Source: Candidatus Saccharimonadales bacterium
Lineage (GTDB): Bacteria; Patescibacteriota; Saccharimonadia; Saccharimonadales; JACQNP01
Direction: 5' to 3'
Length of the DNA: 64,000 nucleotides
Assembly: GCA_041742395.1 (NCBI GenBank)
Contig: JBGSIS010000002.1
Location: 11,076-75,075, forward strand
The notes beneath the pieces are model-generated. The model did no database searches. It saw nothing but the letters and a program-made list of their open reading frames with translations, and had not been told where the DNA came from. The position numbers were made by a program, and so were the translations under genes. How positions within the stretch are numbered: the first letter of the stretch is position 1; each line of letters opens with the position of its first letter. Positions 8,847-16,568 of this stretch are shown here, in pieces.

Positions 8847-10121
8847 ATGTCAGGTTTAGAAACACCAGAAAGAAGACAAATACATGTAGTAGGTGGAGGA
8901 ACAATAGAACCTGTTAGAGAGCATCTTGCGCTTTCGGCAAGAGCCTATGGTGGTACAGCCAGGAGAATTGGAGAGCTTTGTGGAACATTTTGGTCTGGTA
9001 TGGATGTAAATGTCCATTTAACAAAAATGGCAGACCCAAAAAGTCAAATTGAGACTTCGACAGATTTAAGAAATCTTGCGGAAGATATAGTAAGTGATTT
9101 TCGTACGAAAGTCGTGTTTTGGTCGCCTGCAGTAACTGACTTTAGGGGAGAAATTGGCGAAGTAGAAAGTGGACTTCATTCAGATAGACTAAAATCTGTT
9201 GCCGGTCAGGTAATGAACCTAATACCTAACGATAAAATAGTACCTCTTTTCAGAAGGGAATCCGTCAATGGAATGAAACCTAGAAAAGATATTTTTGCAG
9301 TAGGATTTAAGACTACCACTGGAGCAACTCCTGAGGAGCAGTACTCAGCAGGGTTAAAATTAGTTAAAGAATCAAGTTTAAACTTAGTCTTGGCTAACGA
9401 TACTGTAACAAGAAATAATATGGTGGTTACTCCAGAAGAAGCCGCATACCACGAAACAACGGATAGAGAGCTAGTAATCAGAGGTTTATTGGAAATGGCC
9501 TACCTTAGATCCCAACTAAGTTTTACAGAATCTACAGTAATTGATGGCGAACCGATACCTTGGGACAGTAAAGAAATATACCCCTCTTTAAAGACAGTCG
9601 TTGATTACTGCATAGAAAACGGTGCATATAAACCTTTCGTGGGTGTAACTGCAGGTCACTTTGCAGCAAAAATTGCCGAAAATGTATTCTTAACTTCTAG
9701 AAGAAAAACAAACTTTAATAACCTTTCTACTACTGGCTTGGTTAAAGTGACCACTGATGGACCTGATAAGGTTGTAGCATTGGGTGGAAAACCATCTGTT
9801 GGTGGTCAATCTCAAAGAATTGTATTTGACGAGCACCCCGAAAAAGACTGCATAGTGCACTTTCACTGTCCACCTAAAGAAGGTTCGGTCGTTCCAAGTG
9901 TATCCCAAAGAGAGTTCGAGTGTGGTAGCCACGAATGTGGCCAGAATACATCAAGAGGATTAAAGACTATGGATGACGGTGAAATTGAGGCAGTCTACCT
10001 TGACCAGCACGGCCCAAATATTGTTTTTAATCACAATACCGACCCAAATAAAGTGATAAATTTTATCGAAAAAAACTTCGACTTGTCAGCAAAAACCGGT
10101 GGTTATGTACCAAAAGGTTAG
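8847..10121 (+). CDS. two-domain enzyme: CoaB-like (phosphopantothenate-cysteine ligase fold) N-domain fused to class II aldolase/adducin-like C-domain
   Basis: The N-domain has VVGGGTIEPVREHLALSARAYGGTA (compare CoaB GGTxEPIDPVRxIxNxSSGxxG), SPAVTDFRGE (compare AAVxDYRP) and a RLK...NLIPNDKIV segment. The C-domain has GHFAAK...FLTSRRK, KPSVGGQSQRIVF...CIVHFHCP and VYLDQHGPN, matching the class II aldolase PSxE...H, HxH and nHG pattern. Confidence 0.6.
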   Translation: MSGLETPERRQIHVVGGGTIEPVREHLALSARAYGGTARRIGELCGTFWSGMDVNVHLTKMADPKSQIETSTDLRNLAEDIVSDFRTKVVFWSPAVTDFRGEIGEVESGLHSDRLKSVAGQVMNLIPNDKIVPLFRRESVNGMKPRKDIFAVGFKTTTGATPEEQYSAGLKLVKESSLNLVLANDTVTRNNMVVTPEEAAYHETTDRELVIRGLLEMAYLRSQLSFTESTVIDGEPIPWDSKEIYPSLKTVVDYCIENGAYKPFVGVTAGHFAAKIAENVFLTSRRKTNFNNLSTTGLVKVTTDGPDKVVALGGKPSVGGQSQRIVFDEHPEKDCIVHFHCPPKEGSVVPSVSQREFECGSHECGQNTSRGLKTMDDGEIEAVYLDQHGPNIVFNHNTDPNKVINFIEKNFDLSAKTGGYVPKG

Positions 10122-10936
10122 TCGTTATTTAATAAACGTGGGAACTGACTAGCAAGCTTTAGAAGTTCATCGTCAGAATATTGCTTATATTCAACATCTG
10201 TCCACTGTCCACTGTTCCAGCTACGTTCCGGATCCCAGACATTTACAGATCGTCTCCAATATATCTTTGGGGCAATGGTACCAGTTATTGGATCTCGTCG
10301 CGTGTAATTTAATACCTGACAGTTAGATACTCTATAATCTGAATCAGCATCCTGCTCGAGCCATTCTATTGGAGTCATCCTTTCTAATACAAATTTAAAC
10401 ACATCATTCATCTCACCATGAGCAACACCAATTACTCGCTCTTCTTGTTTTTCATCTTTTCCACGATGTAAAGAATCAAGAATGTCTTCAACTCTCAATC
10501 TTACTCCAGTGCCAAGTGACTCCCCTCCTGGCGGACACCAATACCATTTATTCTGCTTTTTAAGTTTATGTGCAAGTTCGTATCTTTTTTCTCTTTCTTC
10601 GTCATTAAGAATTCCGTACTCGCCCCAGTCTCGTTCACGCCATCTGTCATCTACTAACCACGAACCTTTAAGCGCTAATAATCCTGCGGTCTCTACAGTC
10701 CTAGCATGTGGTGACACATAGTATCTATCAAAGCCATCGGGGAATTCTTTCCTTAACCATTCACCAGTTAGAGGTGCTCTATCTGCTCCAGATTTATGAA
10801 GTCTCATTTCGCTATCATGCCTGTCAAAAAAGCCCTCAGGTTCTTGATAGCTAGGGTCTTGCTTGATTTGCTTTTGGACCCAATTAGCTTCTGAAAACTC
10901 ATGGCGAACTAAAACAAAATCTATCGGCATTGCCAT
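10118..10936 (-). CDS. histidine phosphatase superfamily protein (phosphoglycerate-mutase-like branch)
   Basis: Motifs VLVRHEFSEAN (RHG-type), SPHARTVETA, ERDWGEY, PPGGES and GVAHGEM. Overlaps the stop of the convergent 8847..10121 gene by 4 nt. Lies 3 nt downstream of the ARH gene. Confidence 0.75.
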   Translation of the reverse strand: MAMPIDFVLVRHEFSEANWVQKQIKQDPSYQEPEGFFDRHDSEMRLHKSGADRAPLTGEWLRKEFPDGFDRYYVSPHARTVETAGLLALKGSWLVDDRWRERDWGEYGILNDEEREKRYELAHKLKKQNKWYWCPPGGESLGTGVRLRVEDILDSLHRGKDEKQEERVIGVAHGEMNDVFKFVLERMTPIEWLEQDADSDYRVSNCQVLNYTRRDPITGTIAPKIYWRRSVNVWDPERSWNSGQWTDVEYKQYSDDELLKLASQFPRLLNND

Positions 10937-10939
10937 ATT

Positions 10940-11968
10940 CTATTCCCCTTCCTTTGTAATTAATCTTGCCAGTTTGGCTGAAATTCGTCTGATTCTATCA
11001 ATAGCAAATACTTCTTCAATATCTTTTGGAAAATCTACTTTTCCATCTTTAAATACCGACATAGCGCCAACAATACTAGCCACACTATCCGTATCGCCGC
11101 CAAGTTCAACTGCTCTATATACTGAATCAGGGAAATTACTTTCTAAGTAAAAACTTCCATATGCCATCATAAGAGTTTCAGGAGCATACAAACCGCCTCG
11201 ACCTTTGTCATCTAATCTGTCAATTATTTCTTTATGTGTAATCCGCCTGCCAATAAACCTGCCTAGTACATTAGATACAGCTCTTTTTTGTTCGTCGAAT
11301 TTGTTTTCATATCTAATAGCTTCTTCAAAAGCATAGTCATAAACTTGCTTGTCTTCTAGAGTCTCATAATAAAGACTTTCTAGTACATTTCGGTGGACCA
11401 GACTTGCAACCACAGTCTCTGTTGCTGCATGGGTCATTTTAGTATATTCAACTATATTGTCATCTGTAATTTCGCTTGATCCATTAGCTAAGGCCCAAAG
11501 TACTAAAGGGGCCATTTTAATTAATACGCCATTTCCTGTGCCATTTTTGTTACCAGACACTCTAGGGTCTACACCTTCGGCAATTCTATCTATACTTTCT
11601 ATTGTTGATTTACCGTAACCGTTCCTTTTACTTTCAGTCACAATTGGAGGTGTAAAGTCAGAGTCAGCTCTCAATCCACGAACGTTATCTATAGCTACTA
11701 CATGATGCTTAGCTATATCATCCAAGTCAAATCCTGAACTATTTAATAAGCTTAGCGTAGTAGCCAAACTAAGATGAGTGTCGTCACTCCAAATTCCAGT
11801 TTTTCCCTTAAGTTCTACAGGTATATCAAGATAGTCATTGGCTTTTATGCTAGATAGTCCACTTATAACTACTTCTGGATTTGCTGGGCGAGTCTCAAAT
11901 GGTAAACCACACGCATCTCCATATGCAATTGCTGGTAATAAATTATTTCCTGCATCAAAACTCTTCAT
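10940..11968 (-). CDS. ADP-ribosylglycohydrolase family protein (DraG/ARH-like)
   Basis: Motifs AIAYGDACGLPFE, WSDDTHLSLA and ELGGDTDSVASIVGAM. I prefer the ATG at 11968, which is preceded by TAGGAG, over the TTG at 12028 given in the ORF track. Confidence 0.85.
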   Translation of the reverse strand: MKSFDAGNNLLPAIAYGDACGLPFETRPANPEVVISGLSSIKANDYLDIPVELKGKTGIWSDDTHLSLATTLSLLNSSGFDLDDIAKHHVVAIDNVRGLRADSDFTPPIVTESKRNGYGKSTIESIDRIAEGVDPRVSGNKNGTGNGVLIKMAPLVLWALANGSSEITDDNIVEYTKMTHAATETVVASLVHRNVLESLYYETLEDKQVYDYAFEEAIRYENKFDEQKRAVSNVLGRFIGRRITHKEIIDRLDDKGRGGLYAPETLMMAYGSFYLESNFPDSVYRAVELGGDTDSVASIVGAMSVFKDGKVDFPKDIEEVFAIDRIRRISAKLARLITKEGE

Positions 11969-12032
11969 AATACTCCTATATTTTTTATCATTTTTTTTAC
12001 TTTTTAGCAATACCTGATTTAGATACAATCAC

Positions 12033-12041
12033 ATTATATCA
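12033..12041 (-). promoter_or_regulatory. extended -10 element (TGaTATAAT) for the ARH/histidine-phosphatase operon
   Basis: The minus strand reads TGATATAAT. It lies upstream of the 11968 start. The palindrome at 12045..12065 sits just upstream of it. Confidence 0.4.
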
Positions 12042-12044
12042 CAT

Positions 12045-12065
12045 TTAGTGTTGACATTACACTAT
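12045..12065. promoter_or_regulatory. candidate NrtR operator TTAGTGT-TGACATT-ACACTAT
   Basis: 6+6 perfect inverted repeat TAGTGT-N7-ACACTA with the same half-site as 1882..1902. It overlaps the -35 TTGACA of the pncA promoter and lies in the divergent ARH/pncA region. Confidence 0.55.
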
Positions 12066-12079
12066 CTATGGAGTACTAT
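12051..12079 (+). promoter_or_regulatory. pncA-operon promoter TTGACA-17 nt-TACTAT
   Basis: Consensus -35 at 12051..12056, a 17-nt spacer, and a -10 at 12074..12079. GGAGG site at about 12121. Confidence 0.5.
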
Positions 12080-12134
12080 CTAATTAACTACTTAGTGTAG
12101 TTTTTACAACATCTAATACAGGAGGATAAAAATT

Positions 12135-12797
12135 ATGAATAAGAATGTAGCATTCGGACTAATCGATGCACAGCGAGGATTTATGCCCGCAGAAGAAGGT
12201 GAACGCTTAGGTCTTCCCGGTTTTGGCGAACTTGGTGTCCCAAATGGTGAACGAATTGTTCCTAAAGTTAATGCCCTATTGGCAAAAGCTGCTCTTGAAG
12301 GATTAGTTACTTTTACTACCCAAGATTGGCATCCTGAAAATACTGCCCACTTCTCTGCTGAGCCAAACTTCAACACAACTTGGCCTAAGCACTGCGTGGC
12401 AGAAACACCAGGTGCAGAACTAAACCCCGACATTAAATTACCTACTGGTACGAAACGAATTATAAAAGGCACAGAAGTGCTGCTGAATGGTGAAGATGAT
12501 ACAAGTTATAGCGGACTAAACGGGCTCGATCCAGAAACTGGTCAGACAACAAAAGAATTTCTTAAAGAAAACGACGTAAAAGTAGTTATTCTTGGTGGTC
12601 TGGCATTAGATTACTGCGTCAAGGAAACGGCTCTTGATTTTAAAAGAAAACTTGGACTTCAAGTAGCAGTAGTAACAGACGCTACACAACCAGTAGCACA
12701 AGAAACAGGATTAGCAGCTATAGATGAATTAGAAAAGGCTGGAGTTAAATTAATAACAACAGATCAAGCCTTGAAATATATGGAAGCTGCAAAGTGA
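12135..12797 (+). CDS. pncA: nicotinamidase (isochorismatase family)
   Basis: Motifs FGLIDAQRGF, TQDWHPENTAHF and GGLALDYCVKETALD (catalytic Cys context). 220 aa. Confidence 0.85.
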   Translation: MNKNVAFGLIDAQRGFMPAEEGERLGLPGFGELGVPNGERIVPKVNALLAKAALEGLVTFTTQDWHPENTAHFSAEPNFNTTWPKHCVAETPGAELNPDIKLPTGTKRIIKGTEVLLNGEDDTSYSGLNGLDPETGQTTKEFLKENDVKVVILGGLALDYCVKETALDFKRKLGLQVAVVTDATQPVAQETGLAAIDELEKAGVKLITTDQALKYMEAAK

Positions 12798-14047
12798 GGA
12801 GTTACGATATGAAAAATGAAGTTTTAATAGGACCAAATTTAGAACAAACGATGATAACTGCTGGTTTAGACTTTTATAAGCCAACAATGAGTCAACTTGC
12901 CTATGATAAGCAACCAGAAACCGAAGTGACATTTACATTTAAAAATAGAGGTTCTCAAAACTTATTAGAGTACGTAGAACCTGAAGTAATCGGTTCACGT
13001 TTGGAACAAATTCGTCAAAATAGTTTTTCTGACGATGAGATTAGTTTTCTAGGAGATATAAGAAACTCAGCTAACGAGCCAATGTTTTCAGAAAACTTTC
13101 TACAGAGTTTATCGGAAAATGAATTACCTAAAGTAAGCATCGAAATAAAAGATAACGACTTGGCTTTTTCAACAACTGGTGAATGGTCAATGGTTACTTT
13201 CTGGGAAACGGTTCTTATGAGTGAAGTCAACGAAATCTACTTTGAAAACTACATAAAAGCAAATGGTATAGACGTAATGAAGCTCTACGATGAGGGCGAA
13301 AAAAGATTAAACGAAAAGATAAATATCTTTCGTGATAACCCAGACATCAAATTTAGTGATTTTGGAACCAGAAGACACTTTTCATTGAGATGGCAAAAAT
13401 ATGTTGTCGAGAGGCTAAAAGATGAATGCCCCGATAACTTCTTGGGCACTAGCAACGTAGCACTTTCTAAGTTACTCGGTACTAAACCAGTAGGAACTTT
13501 CGCTCATGAAATGCCGATGGTTTACGCTGGAATGGCAGATGCTAAAGGTAAAGATATCAGAAAATCACACGGTAAATTCTTAAATGACTGGTATGAACAG
13601 TATGGCAATGATCTATCAATAGCTTTAACTGATACTTTTGGTACAGAATTTTTCTTTAGTGACTTTACTGAAGAACAGGCCGATAAATGGCGAGCATTGC
13701 GACAAGATTCTGGTGATCCAATAGAATTCGGTGAAAAAGCTATCGAATTTTACGAAAACAATAATGTGAACCCCAAACAAAAAACTATAGTTTTTAGTGA
13801 TGGATTAGACATAGATCAGATAGTGAAGCTACATGATTACTTTAAGGGAAAAATAAACGTTGTGTTTGGATGGGGTACGACCTTAACTAACGACCTTGGA
13901 GTAAAGACACTAAATATTGTCATGAAAGCAACTCACGTCAAATTAGATGACGGACGAGAAGCTGATTTAGTAAAGCTTAGTGACAATGAAGGCAAACACA
14001 CTGGTCCATTAGGCAAAATAGCACTTTATCAAGAAGTATTTAATTAA
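12794..14047 (+). CDS. pncB: nicotinate phosphoribosyltransferase
   Basis: Motifs DFYKPTM, SDFGTRRHFS, FAHEMPM, LRQDSGDP and VFGWGTTLTND. Its start overlaps the pncA stop by 4 nt. Confidence 0.85.
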   Translation: MRSYDMKNEVLIGPNLEQTMITAGLDFYKPTMSQLAYDKQPETEVTFTFKNRGSQNLLEYVEPEVIGSRLEQIRQNSFSDDEISFLGDIRNSANEPMFSENFLQSLSENELPKVSIEIKDNDLAFSTTGEWSMVTFWETVLMSEVNEIYFENYIKANGIDVMKLYDEGEKRLNEKINIFRDNPDIKFSDFGTRRHFSLRWQKYVVERLKDECPDNFLGTSNVALSKLLGTKPVGTFAHEMPMVYAGMADAKGKDIRKSHGKFLNDWYEQYGNDLSIALTDTFGTEFFFSDFTEEQADKWRALRQDSGDPIEFGEKAIEFYENNNVNPKQKTIVFSDGLDIDQIVKLHDYFKGKINVVFGWGTTLTNDLGVKTLNIVMKATHVKLDDGREADLVKLSDNEGKHTGPLGKIALYQEVFN

Positions 14048-14061
14048 AGGAGGATAGAAAG

Positions 14062-14781
14062 ATGAATGAAATATTACAATTCTTAAATGTTAATAACACT
14101 TTCTTTACGATATTCAACTATCAAATGAGTTATGTAGAGTTTTTTGGAACAATACTTAACGTATTAACTGTATGGTTACTAGTAAAGAAAAATATCTGGA
14201 ACTGGCCAGTCGGAATAGTCGCCGTAGTACTGTTCGCTTCCCTGTTTTATCAGCTAAACCTTTACGCTGACTTAATTGAGCAAGGCTATTACTTTGTAAC
14301 AGGTTTCGTTGGTTGGTACTTGTGGGCTAAAGCCAAAAAACCAAAAGTCGAAGAAGAGAAAATAATTGTTAAAAGAAATACTTCTAAACAAAATATTTAT
14401 TGGCTTACTGGAATAGGCGTATTAACGGTAGTTGGAGCCTGGGCAATGGCAAGGGTACACATTTGGCTACCGACACTTTTCCCAGAACCTGCCTCATTGC
14501 CGACGCTAGATGTCTTAACAACAGTGATGAGCTTTGCCGCCCAACTATTAATGATCTACAAACGACTTGAAAACTGGGTACTATGGATTGTTGTGGATGT
14601 CATAGCTATTGGACTCTACTGGTACAAGGGAGTACCGTTTGTTGCACTGCTATATGTAATATTCTTATTCCTTGCAACCAAAGGCTTGATAACTTGGTAC
14701 AAAACATACAAAGATGAAATAACTGAGGAGAAAGAAGATGAAAAAGGGCTTGGTGATAGGAAAGTTCTACCCACCACATAA
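14062..14781 (+). CDS. pnuC: nicotinamide riboside transporter PnuC family
   Basis: A 239-aa polytopic membrane protein with Trp-rich helices (NIWNWPVGIV, GWYLW, NWVLWIVVD). Positioned between pncB and nadR. Confidence 0.8.
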   Translation: MNEILQFLNVNNTFFTIFNYQMSYVEFFGTILNVLTVWLLVKKNIWNWPVGIVAVVLFASLFYQLNLYADLIEQGYYFVTGFVGWYLWAKAKKPKVEEEKIIVKRNTSKQNIYWLTGIGVLTVVGAWAMARVHIWLPTLFPEPASLPTLDVLTTVMSFAAQLLMIYKRLENWVLWIVVDVIAIGLYWYKGVPFVALLYVIFLFLATKGLITWYKTYKDEITEEKEDEKGLGDRKVLPTT

Positions 14782-15712
14782 GGGGCATTCCCACCTAATA
14801 AATTATGCTAACCAAAGAGTGGACGAACTTGATGTTCTAGTGTGTGATAATCCGGATTACTACGTAGATGCCGTCAAAAGAGCAGCATGGATTAAGCAAC
14901 TGCACTCAGATGTTAACGTTAAAATCATTGAAGACATCGTTAAGGATGACGACTCTCCTGCTTGGGCAAAACACACTATTGAATTCCTTGGTTATTCACC
15001 AGACGTCGTATTTAGCTCAGAAGATTATGGCAAAAAATATGCAAAATGCATGAATAGCACCCACGTAATGGTAGACAAAGAAAGACTTGCAGTTCCAATA
15101 TGCGCAACTAGAGTGAGAAAAGACGTATTGAAGGAATGGGAGTTCTTGGATCCTATCGTAAGAGCAGATTATGCACTAAGGATTTGCGTGCTTGGAGCTG
15201 AATCAACTGGTACCACTACATTGTCTAAAGCGCTTGCCAAGTACTATCGGACAGCATGGGTGCCGGAATATGGCAGATACTACAATGAATCCCTTAACGA
15301 CCCAGAACACATCTGGCAAAGTCAAGAATTCGTACACATCGCTGAAATGCAGCAATCAATGGAAAATCAGCTATCAGGACATTCAAATGGAATATTGATA
15401 TGCGACACCAATGCCTTCGCCACCAATCAGTGGCACGAAAGATACATGGGCTATAAGAGCGAACAAGTAAAAGAAATTGCCAATAACGATAAAGTAGATC
15501 TATACATATTAACGGGAGATGAAATTCCCTTCGTACAGGACGAAATAAGAGACGGTCAATACATTAGACATGACATGCATAAAAGATTTGAACAAGAATT
15601 AAAAAAATTAACTACACCCTACTTACTAGTAAAGGGAAGTGTTCAGTCAAGACTTATAGATTCAATAAAAGAAATCGATATACTGACTAGAAAGAGAGTG
15701 AAGATATGTTAG
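14738..15712 (+). CDS. nadR: NadR-type bifunctional NMN adenylyltransferase / ribosylnicotinamide kinase-like protein (no HTH domain; atypical Walker A)
   Basis: The N-terminal GKFYPPHKGHSHLI motif is nucleotidyltransferase type. The C-terminal P-loop NTPase domain has a Walker A that reads GAESTGTT and lacks the Lys. Confidence 0.8.
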   Translation: MKKGLVIGKFYPPHKGHSHLINYANQRVDELDVLVCDNPDYYVDAVKRAAWIKQLHSDVNVKIIEDIVKDDDSPAWAKHTIEFLGYSPDVVFSSEDYGKKYAKCMNSTHVMVDKERLAVPICATRVRKDVLKEWEFLDPIVRADYALRICVLGAESTGTTTLSKALAKYYRTAWVPEYGRYYNESLNDPEHIWQSQEFVHIAEMQQSMENQLSGHSNGILICDTNAFATNQWHERYMGYKSEQVKEIANNDKVDLYILTGDEIPFVQDEIRDGQYIRHDMHKRFEQELKKLTTPYLLVKGSVQSRLIDSIKEIDILTRKRVKIC

Positions 15713-16565
15713 ATAATGAAAAAATGATTAATCCAAGTATTGAAACTGAGTTCATGGAAAGAAGTATTGAACTCCTAGAAAATCAGTTAAACAGAAGAAA
15801 CTACCCTGACTACCCCGATAATAGGTACTCTATAGTAGTTGAAGAAATAAACACTGGTAAGTTAGAAATACCAGACGGACCTTGGGTTATAAAAACAGAT
15901 GATTCGTTACCGAATGAGATCGATAAACAAAATTTTCTAAACCTTGGCATAGAACTAGACTCGTCAGGAAAGCCACTTCATCCATGGTTAAGTCAAATGA
16001 TTACTAACCCTAGCGTAGGTATTGTGACCGGAAAAGGAGCTTACTGGAACTGGGGGCCCAACTATACTGCCGACCCAATTGTAATAAGACACGACTTAAA
16101 AGAAGAGCACATATTATTGATAGAACGTGGCGACGTACGGGCTGGGCACTACCTGGTGGTTTTGTCGACCCAAACGAGCATTCAGAAACCACAGCGATTA
16201 GAGAAGCCAATGAAGAGACCGGCATTGACCTAGGCAAAATACCCTTTTCCATCAGAAAGGTTTACTCTGGACCTTTGGCAGATTTAAGAGTAACAGCAAA
16301 TGCATGGCCGGAAACTACTGCCTATCGAATAGATTTAAACTTAGATGAAAAAAGTCAGCAAAAAGCTCTTATCGAAATGACGTCTGATGGACAATTTCAA
16401 AAAATCGTAAGAAACATCGGAAGATTTGCATTGCGTCAAAAAATAAATAGAATACCATGGAAAGGTAGTGATGACGCAAAGAGTGCAGCATGGGTTCCAG
16501 TCAGTAACTGTGGTGAGTTTCTATTCGGATCTCATTCATTATTAGTAGAGCTAGCAATGAGGTAA
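15706..16565 (+). pseudogene. NUDT9-like ADP-ribose pyrophosphatase (Nudix), interrupted by a frameshift near 16138..16142
   Basis: Frame 1 gives ...GKGAYWNWGPNYTADPIVIRHD...LLIERGDVR. Frame 3 continues from 16140 with GWALPGGFVDPNEHSETTAIREANEETGI, an intact Nudix box GX5EX7REUXEEXGU, through to 16565. The two halves are the track ORFs 15706..16233 and 16275..16565. Confidence 0.7.
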
Positions 16566-16568
16566 ATT

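Noticed and set aside
11969-12028. TTG-initiated 20-codon extension of the ADP-ribosylglycohydrolase gene
   Set aside because: The internal ATG at 11968 is preceded by TAGGAG. The Lys-rich extension would also swallow the region downstream of the proposed promoter.
12113-12472. 119-aa minus-strand ORF overlapping the pncA start
   Set aside because: It is antisense to pncA, which has clear nicotinamidase motifs, and it would run through the pncA promoter and ribosome-binding site.
16010-16252. 80-aa minus-strand ORF at the Nudix frameshift site
   Set aside because: It is antisense to a region where two plus-strand frames together give a complete NUDT9-like Nudix protein, so it is a shadow ORF.
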